Shown here piece by piece: positions 15,830-23,832 of a DNA stretch of 32,000 nt (positions are counted from its first letter, which is position 1; each line of letters opens with the position of its first letter). The stretch comes from an uncultured Chloroflexia bacterium. Lineage in GTDB: Bacteria; Chloroflexota; Anaerolineae; Anaerolineales; Anaerolineaceae. The stretch is taken from NCBI GenBank assembly GCA_963704755.1, contig OY969938.1, forward strand, positions 300,001 through 332,000. Direction: 5' to 3'. The position numbers and the translations under genes are program-made. The notes beneath the pieces were generated by a model. The model did no database searches and was not told where the DNA came from. It was given only the letters and a program-made list of their open reading frames with translations.

Positions 15830-16918
15830 TTAATTTGTAAACGCTTTTTGAATCGTCCCGCCCCCCAGTACCAGGTCGCCATCATAGAAAACGACCCGCT
15901 GTCCGGGGGTGATGTCTCGCATGGGATGATCGAAAGCGACCTCCACATCAGTGGCGGTATGGACGGCGATTGTGGCGTCCACAAAAGCTGCCCGGTACCT
16001 GATTTTAACCGCTGCTTTGAATTCTGTCGCGGGTGGTTGGCCCGCCAACCAGGTGATACCATTTGCGATTAACCGGCTTTGGCCCAATTCACTCAATTGG
16101 CCCACCACCAGGTTATTGCTCGCATTATCTTTTGCCAACACATATAAGGGTGTTTCCGATGGAACACCCAGGCCCTTGCGTTGGCCTATGGTGTAAAAAG
16201 CCAGGCCTTCATGCTGCCCCAGGATTTTCCCGCTCGAATTGACGATATTTCCCGTTCGGGTTGATTCGGGCACATACCGGGACAAAAATTGCCGGTAATC
16301 CCGTCCGGCCAGAAAACACAGGTCCTGTGAATCCTGCCGTTCGGCGACAGGCAAATTGAATTTGCGGGCCAGTTCACGGATGTGCGGTTTTACGTATCCG
16401 CCGACCGGCAACAGGGTATGCCCAAGCTGTTCCTGGCTCAGTATACTCAAAACGTAAGATTGGTCTTTTTTCTCGTCAATCCCTTTGAGCAATTTCGCCG
16501 GACCATCCTCTTCGTGCAGCACCCGCGCATAATGACCGGTGGCGAAAGCATCTGCGCCCATTTTCAAGGCGTAATCCAACAAATAGCCCCACCGGATGGA
16601 TTGGTTGCACACCAGGCAGGGGTTCGGCGTTACGCCGGCAGAATATCCATCCAGGAAAAACTGCACCACCTGCTCCCGGAAAATCTCCTGAGCATTAACC
16701 GCATAGAAAGGTATGCCGATTTGAGCCGCCACCTTGCGCGCCTGAGCCATTGCATCCGGGGTGCAGCATTTATTGCTGTTTTCGTAACCGGGCTCGCTCC
16801 ACAGGCGCAGCATCAATCCAAAAACTGTATAGCCCTGTTCGACCAGCAGCGCGGCAGCTACCGAGCTATCCACGCCTCCACTCATGGCGACAGCGACCGT
16901 GTTAGGTTCTTTCAGCAC
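15830..16918 (-). CDS. mnmA: tRNA-specific 2-thiouridylase MnmA (s2U34 synthesis)
   Basis: PP-loop VAVAMSGGVDSSVAA, conserved catalytic cysteines (NKCCTP; DSQDLCFL), ATGHYAR, and the C-terminal beta barrel (GQRVVFYDGDLVLGGG). GTG start. Confidence 0.9.
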   Translation of the reverse strand: MLKEPNTVAVAMSGGVDSSVAAALLVEQGYTVFGLMLRLWSEPGYENSNKCCTPDAMAQARKVAAQIGIPFYAVNAQEIFREQVVQFFLDGYSAGVTPNPCLVCNQSIRWGYLLDYALKMGADAFATGHYARVLHEEDGPAKLLKGIDEKKDQSYVLSILSQEQLGHTLLPVGGYVKPHIRELARKFNLPVAERQDSQDLCFLAGRDYRQFLSRYVPESTRTGNIVNSSGKILGQHEGLAFYTIGQRKGLGVPSETPLYVLAKDNASNNLVVGQLSELGQSRLIANGITWLAGQPPATEFKAAVKIRYRAAFVDATIAVHTATDVEVAFDHPMRDITPGQRVVFYDGDLVLGGGTIQKAFTN

Positions 16919-16928
16919 AATTACCTAC

Positions 16929-18092
16929 CTAATTCAACGAACGGGCTTTACCCACCAGGTTGGGTAAAACAGATAGAAAGCGGTTGATCTCTTCTGCGGT
17001 ATTATCCTTGCCCAATGTGACCCGCAGGGAGCCCATCACCCACTCCACCGGAACCCCCATCGCCTGCAGCACCTCGGACGGCTTGGGATCACCCACTTTA
17101 CACGCCGAGCCCGAAGAACAGGCAAAGCCGGCCGCGTCCAGAAGGACCAATAAATTATTGCCGTCCAGGTGTTCGAATACGAAACTGGCATGATTAGGCA
17201 ACCGGTCCGTGGGATGGCCGCTGATTTGCGCTCCCGGGATTTCTTCCAGGACTGTCCCCAGGATCTTATCCCGCAGCGGGACGACCTTTTCCTGGCGCAG
17301 CTTCTGCTCAAGGTTGGCAAGCTCGAAAGCCTTCCCCAGGCCGACGATATACGGTACGTTCTGGGTCCCGGAGCGTAATCCGGACTCCTGCCCGCCTCCG
17401 GTCTGGGTCGGGAAAATTTTCAAGTCATGGCGTTTATACAGCACGCCTACCCCTTTAGGGCCATAAAATTTATGCGCCCCCAGCGCCAATAGATCGATCT
17501 GGTCATGTTGCACGTCCATAGGCAAATGGGCAGCCGCCTGGACCGCATCCGTGTGAAAGGGCACCCCGGCTGCTCTGCATAACCTGCCCAATTTTCCGAT
17601 TGGGTTAATCGTGCCGATTTCGTTATTGGCGTAGATCACGCTCACCAGGGCCACATCCTGACCCAATCTGTCCTTCAAGTCGTCCGGATCGACCATCCCA
17701 AACCGGTCAACCGGCAAGTAATCGACTGTAAACCCGAACAGGTCCCGCAGTTGTATGACCGTATGTAAAACGGCCTGGTGTTCCACCGGAGAGACGATAA
17801 TCCGGCTGGCGCCGGTCGTTTCACGCCGGGCCAGGGCTGTTCCGCGGATGGCCAGGTTATCGCTTTCCGAGCCGCCGCTGGTGAAATAGATTTCATCCGG
17901 CTGAGCATGGATCAGCCTGGCCACGCTTTCCCGTTCTGCTTCGACCGCTGCCTCAGCCTGTTGGCCGTAGAAATGGATCGAAGAAGGGTTGCCGTAAATT
18001 TCTGAAAAATACGGCAGCATCGCATCCAATACTCGCCGGTCAACCGGTGTTGTCGCCGCATGATCCAGGTAAATCTTTGTATTTGCGTTCAC
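16929..18092 (-). CDS. Cysteine desulfurase (class V aminotransferase, NifS/IscS/YrvO type)
   Basis: IYLDHAATTPV start region, GGSESDN, a PLP-lysine context (ALGAHKFYGPKGVG) and an active-site Cys loop (CSSGSACKVG). GTG start. It lies directly upstream of mnmA. Confidence 0.9.
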   Translation of the reverse strand: MNANTKIYLDHAATTPVDRRVLDAMLPYFSEIYGNPSSIHFYGQQAEAAVEAERESVARLIHAQPDEIYFTSGGSESDNLAIRGTALARRETTGASRIIVSPVEHQAVLHTVIQLRDLFGFTVDYLPVDRFGMVDPDDLKDRLGQDVALVSVIYANNEIGTINPIGKLGRLCRAAGVPFHTDAVQAAAHLPMDVQHDQIDLLALGAHKFYGPKGVGVLYKRHDLKIFPTQTGGGQESGLRSGTQNVPYIVGLGKAFELANLEQKLRQEKVVPLRDKILGTVLEEIPGAQISGHPTDRLPNHASFVFEHLDGNNLLVLLDAAGFACSSGSACKVGDPKPSEVLQAMGVPVEWVMGSLRVTLGKDNTAEEINRFLSVLPNLVGKARSLN

Positions 18093-18113
18093 AAGAAAGC
18101 CTTTAATTTCTTT

Positions 18114-18158
18114 TTTTGAGGGGTTTGTAGGAAAAATGCCCCTGCAAACCCCTCAAAA
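18114..18158. promoter_or_regulatory. Long palindrome (18-bp arms, one T:G mismatch, 9-nt loop) in the leader of the cysteine desulfurase-mnmA operon
   Basis: TTTTGAGGGGTTTGTAGG (18114..18131) pairs with CCTGCAAACCCCTCAAAA (18141..18158). It ends 22 nt upstream of the GTG start at 18092. It has no U-tract in the position needed for a terminator on either strand. Confidence 0.5.
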
Positions 18159-18182
18159 TACTAATTCAGACATTAAGTGTAG

Positions 18183-18211
18183 ATTATAGCATGGGATGGC
18201 CGGCTGAATAA
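18183..18211 (-). promoter_or_regulatory. Possible extended -10 promoter of the cysteine desulfurase operon (TTATTC-17-TGCTATAAT on the minus strand)
   Basis: The minus strand reads CATGCTATAAT (-10 at 18183..18188, with TG one base upstream). The weak -35 is at 18206..18211. This placement would put the 18114..18158 palindrome inside the 5' UTR. Confidence 0.3.
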
Positions 18212-18324
18212 ATCGTCCTCGCTATTTTTAACCTCGCCGGGATAAAACTTTATCCTCACTCGATCACCTGTTATAATTAGGGAAATTTGTTCCTAATCTC
18301 ACATATAAAAATTACGGAGGTAGC

Positions 18325-19746
18325 ATGGTGCAAACAATCACCTTTGGGACAGATGGTTGGAGAGGAGTAATCGCAGAAGACTACACATTTGCTAATGTCC
18401 GCCGGTGTGCACAAGGATTTGCATCCTACCTGAACAATCACGGAAAAAATGGCCAGTGGGTCATTGTGGGTCACGACAAACGCTTCGATTCAGAATTTTT
18501 TGCCCAGGCGGCAGCCGAAGTGTTATGCGGAAACGGTTTTAAAGTTTATCTCACCGATGGCGCTACCCCTACCCCGGTGATCGCGTTTCAGGTAGTCAAC
18601 AAACATGCCGCGGGTGCCATTAACATTACTGCCTCGCACAACCCCCCCACCGATAATGGCTTCAAAGTCCGTGACGAACACGGTGGTGCAATCGATCCCG
18701 AAGGGCTCAAGGAAATCGAAAGCCTCATTCCCGATTCCGAACAGAGTATCAAACATGTTACTGCGGCCGATGCGGAAAGCCAGAATATCCTGGTACGCTT
18801 TGATGCCGCTCCCGATTACATCACTCACCTGGACGACCTGATCGACCTGAAGCCCATTCGCGACGCAGGTTTGAAGATAGTGGTCGATCCAATGTGGGGC
18901 AACGGCGCAGGATGGTTCACTCGTTTATTGGCCGGCGGGAAAACCCAGGTCAAAGAGATCCACAACGTGCGTAATCCGTCCTTCCCGGAAATGAAACGGC
19001 CCGAACCGATCCCGCCTAACATTAACGTTGGCTTGAAGACGACTGTGGAAGAAAATGCGGATGTCCTCATCATCACGGATGGTGATGCAGACCGGGTTGG
19101 AATTGGTGATGAACAAGGCAATTTCGTCAACCAACTCCAGGTGTATGCCTTGTTAGCCTACTACTTGCTGGAAGTACGCGGTGAGCGCGGGCCGATCGTC
19201 AAGACCCTTTCTACAACCACGATGCTGGACAAATTGGGGAAACTGTACAATGTCCCCGTTTATGAAACCGGCGTCGGTTTCAAATACGTCGCGCCCAAGT
19301 TCATCGAGACCAATGCTTTGATTGGCGGCGAGGAATCTGGTGGTTATGCCTTCCGCGGGAATGTCCCGGAACGGGATGGCATTTTGGCCGGACTGTATTT
19401 CCTGGATTTGATGGTTCAGTTGAACAAGAAGCCATCTGCACTCATCGATCTGCTCTACAGTAAAGTTGGGCCACATTATTACGACCGCATCGATACCCGT
19501 TTTACCGGCGACCGCAAGAGCAAAGAGGAGAAAATTCTCTCTGCCAAACCGGCCACTATCGGAGGCCTGCAAGTAACCTCATTGAACACGATGGATGGCT
19601 ACAAGTTTTCGCTGGATGACGGCGGTTGGTTGTTGATCCGCTTCTCCGGTACCGAGCCCATTATGCGGGTCTATTGTGAGACAACCCATAAAGATCGTGT
19701 CCAATCCATTTTGAACGATGGTTTGAAAATCGCGGGATTAGTCTAA
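18325..19746 (+). CDS. Alpha-D-phosphohexomutase (phosphoglucomutase/phosphomannomutase family)
   Basis: Active-site serine loop [14 protein letters not shown], metal-binding loop [10 protein letters not shown], sugar-binding GEESGG and the phosphate-binding C-terminal domain (RFSGTEP). A strong ACGGAGG RBS precedes the start. Confidence 0.9.
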   Translation: MVQTITFGTDGWRGVIAEDYTFANVRRCAQGFASYLNNHGKNGQWVIVGHDKRFDSEFFAQAAAEVLCGNGFKVYLTDGATPTPVIAFQVVNKHAAGAINITASHNPPTDNGFKVRDEHGGAIDPEGLKEIESLIPDSEQSIKHVTAADAESQNILVRFDAAPDYITHLDDLIDLKPIRDAGLKIVVDPMWGNGAGWFTRLLAGGKTQVKEIHNVRNPSFPEMKRPEPIPPNINVGLKTTVEENADVLIITDGDADRVGIGDEQGNFVNQLQVYALLAYYLLEVRGERGPIVKTLSTTTMLDKLGKLYNVPVYETGVGFKYVAPKFIETNALIGGEESGGYAFRGNVPERDGILAGLYFLDLMVQLNKKPSALIDLLYSKVGPHYYDRIDTRFTGDRKSKEEKILSAKPATIGGLQVTSLNTMDGYKFSLDDGGWLLIRFSGTEPIMRVYCETTHKDRVQSILNDGLKIAGLV

Positions 19747-20556
19747 TTGCCGGCTTTCATTGATACTCATTGCCACCTGAATCTTGACCCATTTAGCGAT
19801 GATCTGGCCGATGTCTTAGAAAGAGCGGAGCAAGCCGGAGTCGTCAAAATTTTGGTCCCGGGCGTGGATCGGGCAACCAGCCAGAAGGCAGTTGAGTTGA
19901 GTGAACAATTTCCCCAGGTTTATGCCGCTGTCGGCATCCACCCCAACAACGCAGAGGACTGGAATGAACAGAACTGGGAGGCGATTTGTGACCTGGCCAA
20001 CCAACCCAAAGTTGTCGCGATCGGCGAAATTGGCCTGGATTACTACCGCGATGCCTCGCCCAGGGAAGTACAAATCGATCTTTTACACAAGCACCTCGGC
20101 CTGGCTGCAAAAACTGCGAAACCGGTCATCATCCACAACCGCCAGGCCATCGATGACCTCTGGCCGATCCTGGAAGCCTGGCAGGCCGGCCTCGAAGGGG
20201 AGCAAAATCCCCTGGCAGGGCGGCCCGGTGTGATGCATTCTTTCGACGGCAGCCTGGAATTGGCTGCGCAAGTCAAAGCCAGGCAGTTCTTTGTCAGCCT
20301 TTCGGGGCCGATTACTTTTCAGAATGCCAAAGATCGCCAGGAATTTGCCGCGAATTTGTCTTTGGATCGCACTTTGATCGAAACCGACTCCCCTTACCTG
20401 GCCCCGCATCCCAAACGAGGTAGACGAAACGAGCCGGCTTACGTTAAACTAATCGCAGAAAAATTATCCGAATTACAAGGAATACCACTGGAAAAAATTG
20501 GTCAACTGACGACTGATTCCGCCAACAAATTATTTTTATGGAGATCCTCCGATTGA
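19747..20556 (+). CDS. TatD family metal-dependent hydrolase/DNase
   Basis: FIDTHCHLN at the N-terminus, GEIGLDYY, PVIIHNR, VMHSFDG and ETDSPYLAP. The TTG start directly abuts the upstream TAA stop (19744..19749). Confidence 0.85.
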   Translation: MPAFIDTHCHLNLDPFSDDLADVLERAEQAGVVKILVPGVDRATSQKAVELSEQFPQVYAAVGIHPNNAEDWNEQNWEAICDLANQPKVVAIGEIGLDYYRDASPREVQIDLLHKHLGLAAKTAKPVIIHNRQAIDDLWPILEAWQAGLEGEQNPLAGRPGVMHSFDGSLELAAQVKARQFFVSLSGPITFQNAKDRQEFAANLSLDRTLIETDSPYLAPHPKRGRRNEPAYVKLIAEKLSELQGIPLEKIGQLTTDSANKLFLWRSSD

Positions 20557-21524
20557 GTACCACCATTTCGTTCTTCATTCCCGTCCAGGAGCAGATTCAT
20601 CAAGTCGAGCTTTTGATGAAAGCGCAAGCGAATGAGCATCATCCCGATTTGCAGGCTGCCCTGGACCATTTACTAACATCTGGCGGAAAACGAATCCGCC
20701 CGACCGTTACTTTATTGGTCGGTCGTATGTTAGGCGCCGAGGAAGACCGGCTGATCACTCTGGCCGCTGCCATCGAGCTGCTGCACACCGCCACCCTGGT
20801 CCACGACGACCTGATCGACGGTTCTCTTTTGCGCCGGGGCATTCCTACCCTGAATTCTCGCTGGTCACCTGGCGCAACAGTACTCACCGGCGATTTCCTG
20901 TTTGCTCGCGCCGCCAAGCTCGCCTCCGACACCAAATCCATCCCGGTCATGGACCTTTTTTCGCGGACCCTTTCGACTATCGTCAACGGAGAAATCACCC
21001 AGTTATTTTCGAGCCGTTGCACGGTGGACCGCGATGATTATTTCGAGCGCATCTACGCTAAAACAGCCTCATTGTTCGAGGCATCAGCTTGTTGTGCTGC
21101 CCTGATTGCCGAGGCCGATCCGGAAATCATTGAAGCGGTGCGCCAGTTTGGCCGTAAAATTGGCATCGCTTTTCAGATTGTCGATGACGTGTTCGATTTT
21201 ACCGGCGATCAAATTAAATTGGGCAAGCCGGTCGGGCACGATTTACGCCAGGGGTTGATTACCCTGCCGACCATCTGTTATGTCGAAGGACACCTCGAGG
21301 AACCCGAAGTCAAGGAAATTCTAGCCGGCGATTGCCTGAATTACGAGCAGGGGATCAGCCAGCTCGTCGATCGGATCCGTTTCAGCGAAGCCATCGAAGC
21401 TGCCCTGTCCGAGGCGGACGCCTATGTCCGCTCGGCGCTGGATCTATTACAGAGCATGCCGGATTGCCCGGAAAAAAACCACCTCCAAGAACTCACCCAG
21501 TACATCACCCGGCGAGATAATTGA
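20538..21524 (+). CDS. Long-chain trans-polyprenyl diphosphate synthase (hepta/octaprenyl type, IspB/HepT-like)
   Basis: First Asp-rich motif LVHDDLIDGSLLRRG, second motif FQIVDDVFDF, GKRIRP and KT motifs. The start overlaps the tatD 3' end by 19 nt. Confidence 0.85.
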   Translation: MEILRLSTTISFFIPVQEQIHQVELLMKAQANEHHPDLQAALDHLLTSGGKRIRPTVTLLVGRMLGAEEDRLITLAAAIELLHTATLVHDDLIDGSLLRRGIPTLNSRWSPGATVLTGDFLFARAAKLASDTKSIPVMDLFSRTLSTIVNGEITQLFSSRCTVDRDDYFERIYAKTASLFEASACCAALIAEADPEIIEAVRQFGRKIGIAFQIVDDVFDFTGDQIKLGKPVGHDLRQGLITLPTICYVEGHLEEPEVKEILAGDCLNYEQGISQLVDRIRFSEAIEAALSEADAYVRSALDLLQSMPDCPEKNHLQELTQYITRRDN

Positions 21525-21563
21525 TGCATTCAATGTTGGTGCCATTTGCGACCAAAAAGACTG

Positions 21564-21606
21564 ATATAAATAGGGCAAGCGGCCAGATCGCTTGCCCTAT
21601 TTATAT
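21564..21606. terminator. Perfect 18-bp hairpin shared by the convergent polyprenyl synthase and tRNA-Leu genes (probable bidirectional terminator)
   Basis: ATATAAATAGGGCAAGCG (21564..21581) and CGCTTGCCCTATTTATAT (21589..21606) are exact reverse complements with a 7-nt loop. The hairpin has AT-rich flanks but no clean U-tract. Confidence 0.5.
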
Positions 21607-21683
21607 ATCCGGTACCAGCCTGAAATCTTTTACGACCGGGGCAACCAAAAACAGCCATCCACCGGTGGATGACTGTCTGTGTG

Positions 21684-21765
21684 TGCGCTGGGGGGGACTT
21701 GAACCCCCACGCCTTGCGGCACATGGCCCTCAACCATGCCTGTCTGCCAGTTCCAGCACCAGCGC
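21684..21765 (-). tRNA. tRNA-Leu (anticodon GAG), class II with a long variable arm; CCA not encoded
   Basis: The minus strand reads GCGCTGG TG CTGGAACTGGCAGACAG G CATGG TTGAGGG CCATG TGCCGCAAGGCGT GGGGG TTCAAGT CCCCC CCAGCGC A. It has a 7-bp acceptor stem, a T-loop TTCAAGT, the anticodon loop TT-GAG-GG and a 13-nt variable arm. The layout parallels E. coli tRNA-Leu. It is followed by CAC, not CCA. Confidence 0.9.
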
Positions 21766-21777
21766 GAACGCTCCGAT

Positions 21778-21805
21778 ATTATAATCGGCTCTGGTGGTAT
21801 GTCAA
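21778..21805 (-). promoter_or_regulatory. Consensus sigma70-type promoter of tRNA-Leu (TTGACA-16-TATAAT on the minus strand)
   Basis: The minus strand reads TTGACA (21805..21800), a 16-nt spacer and TATAAT (21783..21778), with 12 nt to the mature tRNA 5' end at 21765. Confidence 0.5.
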
Positions 21806-21833
21806 GAAAAATTGATACAAGACGAGGTAATAA

Positions 21834-22859
21834 ATGGCAATCATACTTGATGCAATGGGAAGTGATCGCTACCCCGATCCCGAAATCGAAGCGGCCATCC
21901 AGGCAACCCGAGAATTCAACGAAGAGATTATCCTGGTTGGTGACGAATCGCTGATCGGTCCCAAGCTAAAAGCTGCGAATGGGAATTCCAGCCTGATTAC
22001 GATCGAACACGCTCCCGACCTGGTCGAGATGGCCGAGAAGCCGGTCGAGGCTGCCCGCCGGAAACCACGCAACTCGATGGCAGTTGGCTGCGGATTGGTC
22101 AAACAGGGCCGCGGACAGGCTTTTGTGACCGCCGGCAACACCGGTGCAGCCATGTTCAACGGCCTGCGCACTCTTGGGCGCATTAAAGGCGTCGCTCGCC
22201 CGGCCCTGACCGCCTTGTTCCCGGTCAAGAATGGCCATTGCGTAATTGTCGATATTGGCGCAAACGCGGATTGCCGGCCTGAATTCTTGCTTCAATTTGC
22301 CGTGATGGGCAGTGTATATGCTCAAAAAGTACTCGATAAACCGAACCCGCGGGTTGGTTTGCTCTCCAACGGCGAGGAAGCCGGCAAAGGCAACCAGCTT
22401 ATCAAAGATACCTTCCACCTGCTCGAACAAAGCGGACTGAATTTCATCGGCAATGTCGAGGGCAAGGAATTATTCGGCGGGCAAGCCGATGTGGTAGTGA
22501 CCGATGGTTTTACCGGTAACATCCTGCTCAAGTCGAGTGAAGCGGTGGCCAAACTGATGACGGACACCCTCAAAGAAGAGCTGATGGCCAGCCTGACGAC
22601 CAAAATCGGCGCGTTGCTGGCAAAACCGGCCTTCGTAAACCTCAAGAAGATGATGGACCCGGGCGAAGTCGGTGCAGCTCCGCTCCTGGGCATCGATGGG
22701 TTGGTATTTGTCGGTCACGGCCGCTCAGATGGGCGGGCCATGTATAATGCCCTAAAAATCGCCCGGCAGTCGGTCAATGCAGGTCTCCTACCGGCGATGC
22801 AGTCCGCAATTCAAGAACGGTTAACTCTTTTAGAGAACGTGACCCCAATCTCGGAATAA
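21834..22859 (+). CDS. plsX: Phosphate acyltransferase PlsX
   Basis: MAIILDAMGSD start, VTAGNTGA, DIGANADC, DVVVTDGFTGNILLK and VFVGHGRS motifs. A GAGG RBS precedes the start. Confidence 0.9.
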   Translation: MAIILDAMGSDRYPDPEIEAAIQATREFNEEIILVGDESLIGPKLKAANGNSSLITIEHAPDLVEMAEKPVEAARRKPRNSMAVGCGLVKQGRGQAFVTAGNTGAAMFNGLRTLGRIKGVARPALTALFPVKNGHCVIVDIGANADCRPEFLLQFAVMGSVYAQKVLDKPNPRVGLLSNGEEAGKGNQLIKDTFHLLEQSGLNFIGNVEGKELFGGQADVVVTDGFTGNILLKSSEAVAKLMTDTLKEELMASLTTKIGALLAKPAFVNLKKMMDPGEVGAAPLLGIDGLVFVGHGRSDGRAMYNALKIARQSVNAGLLPAMQSAIQERLTLLENVTPISE

Positions 22860-22874
22860 GGAAAAATCTTACCA

Positions 22875-23579
22875 ATGAAAGTCGTTTCGAATAACAAACT
22901 CATTCGTCGGAATAAAAAAATCGGTCAAATTACCACGATCGGCGCCCTGGTTGTGTTGGGTATCGGCCTGTATTTTTCATTCACCCAGGCCGAACAGGTC
23001 ACGATTACTTTTGGGGCTTTACTGTTGGGCTTTTTGCTGACCCAGGTCGGCACATTCTACAGTAACCGCTGGACCAAGTCGCCTCGTCCGGATGAATTGC
23101 TCACTAAATCACTCAAGGGGCTCGAAGAAAAAAGCACCTTGTATCACTACGTGACCGGCATTCCCCACTTGCTGATTGGGCCGGCCGGCATCCTCTCTCT
23201 GGTGCCGATCGGTGCCCCAGGCAAGATCACTTTTGATGAAAAGCGCAACCGTTTCAAGCAGTCGGGCGGAAATGCGATCATGAAATTGTTCGGCCAGGAC
23301 AACATCGGCCGGCCCGAACTGGATGCACGCTATTCCGTCGAAGATATCCAGAAATACCTGAAAAAGAATTTTCCGGAGATCGAGCTGCCCGAAGGGGAAG
23401 CAATCATCGTTTTCACCAACCCCAAGGCTACGCTTGAGAACCTGGAAAAAGCACCCTTCCCGGCCGTCTCCCTGGATAAATTGAAGGAATTCATCCGCAA
23501 AAAAGGCAAGGACCATCCCGCCCCGATGGAGACCATTCAAATCATCCAGAAATCTCTTCCCACCGAAGACAAAGAGTAA
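22875..23579 (+). CDS. Membrane-anchored protein with a NERD-like (nuclease-related) domain, function unknown
   Basis: Two N-terminal TM helices are followed by YHYVTGIPHLLIGPAGILSLVPIGAPGKITFD, which resembles the NERD core (D/xHLLIxPxGhhhhExKxxxG). The acidic/Lys residues are only partly conserved. An AAGGAAAAA RBS precedes the start. Confidence 0.45.
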   Translation: MKVVSNNKLIRRNKKIGQITTIGALVVLGIGLYFSFTQAEQVTITFGALLLGFLLTQVGTFYSNRWTKSPRPDELLTKSLKGLEEKSTLYHYVTGIPHLLIGPAGILSLVPIGAPGKITFDEKRNRFKQSGGNAIMKLFGQDNIGRPELDARYSVEDIQKYLKKNFPEIELPEGEAIIVFTNPKATLENLEKAPFPAVSLDKLKEFIRKKGKDHPAPMETIQIIQKSLPTEDKE

Positions 23580-23597
23580 AAGTAACTGCTTAGCTAC

Positions 23598-23666
23598 CGC
23601 AAAAGAAAGGGGTGTTTTTATGTTTATTCGCGTGCTTCGCACGGGAAAAAACATAAAAACACCCCT
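23598..23666 (-). repeat. Palindromic element copy 2 (inverted relative to copy 1): perfect 18-bp stem, inner 5-bp GC hairpin, U-rich tail on the minus strand
   Basis: Arms 23608..23625 and 23649..23666 are exact reverse complements, with an inner CGTGC-TTC-GCACG. The minus strand reads GGGGTGTTTTTATG...CATAAAAACACCCCTTTCTTTTGCG. Its start, its ACACC and its tail match the element at 5342..5407. Confidence 0.6.
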
Positions 23667-23726
23667 AATTTCCGACCTGGCCTGAGTGGTTACGAGTAAA
23701 AGAATAGAAATTAGAGATTAGTTGAC

Positions 23727-23772
23727 AAACAACCGTGATCGCTAAAATATGCTTTGGCAATCACGGTTGTTT
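23727..23772 (+). terminator. Hairpin (13-bp stem) followed by ATTTTCTGGTTTC; terminator-like on the plus strand
   Basis: AAACAACCGTGAT (23727..23739) pairs with ATCACGGTTGTTT (23760..23772), and the downstream flank is T-rich. Confidence 0.3.
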
Positions 23773-23784
23773 ATTTTCTGGTTT

Positions 23785-23827
23785 CTATTCAGCTATCACT
23801 GAATAGTTTTACTATTCACTATTTTTT
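23785..23827 (+). promoter_or_regulatory. Mutually exclusive hairpins ending in a T6 run (terminator-like on the plus strand), abutting the rluB stop
   Basis: CTGAATAG (23799..23806) can pair either with CTATTCAG (23785..23792) or, via TGAATAG, with CTATTCA (23812..23818). T6 follows at 23822..23827. Confidence 0.25.
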
Positions 23828-23832
23828 GATCA

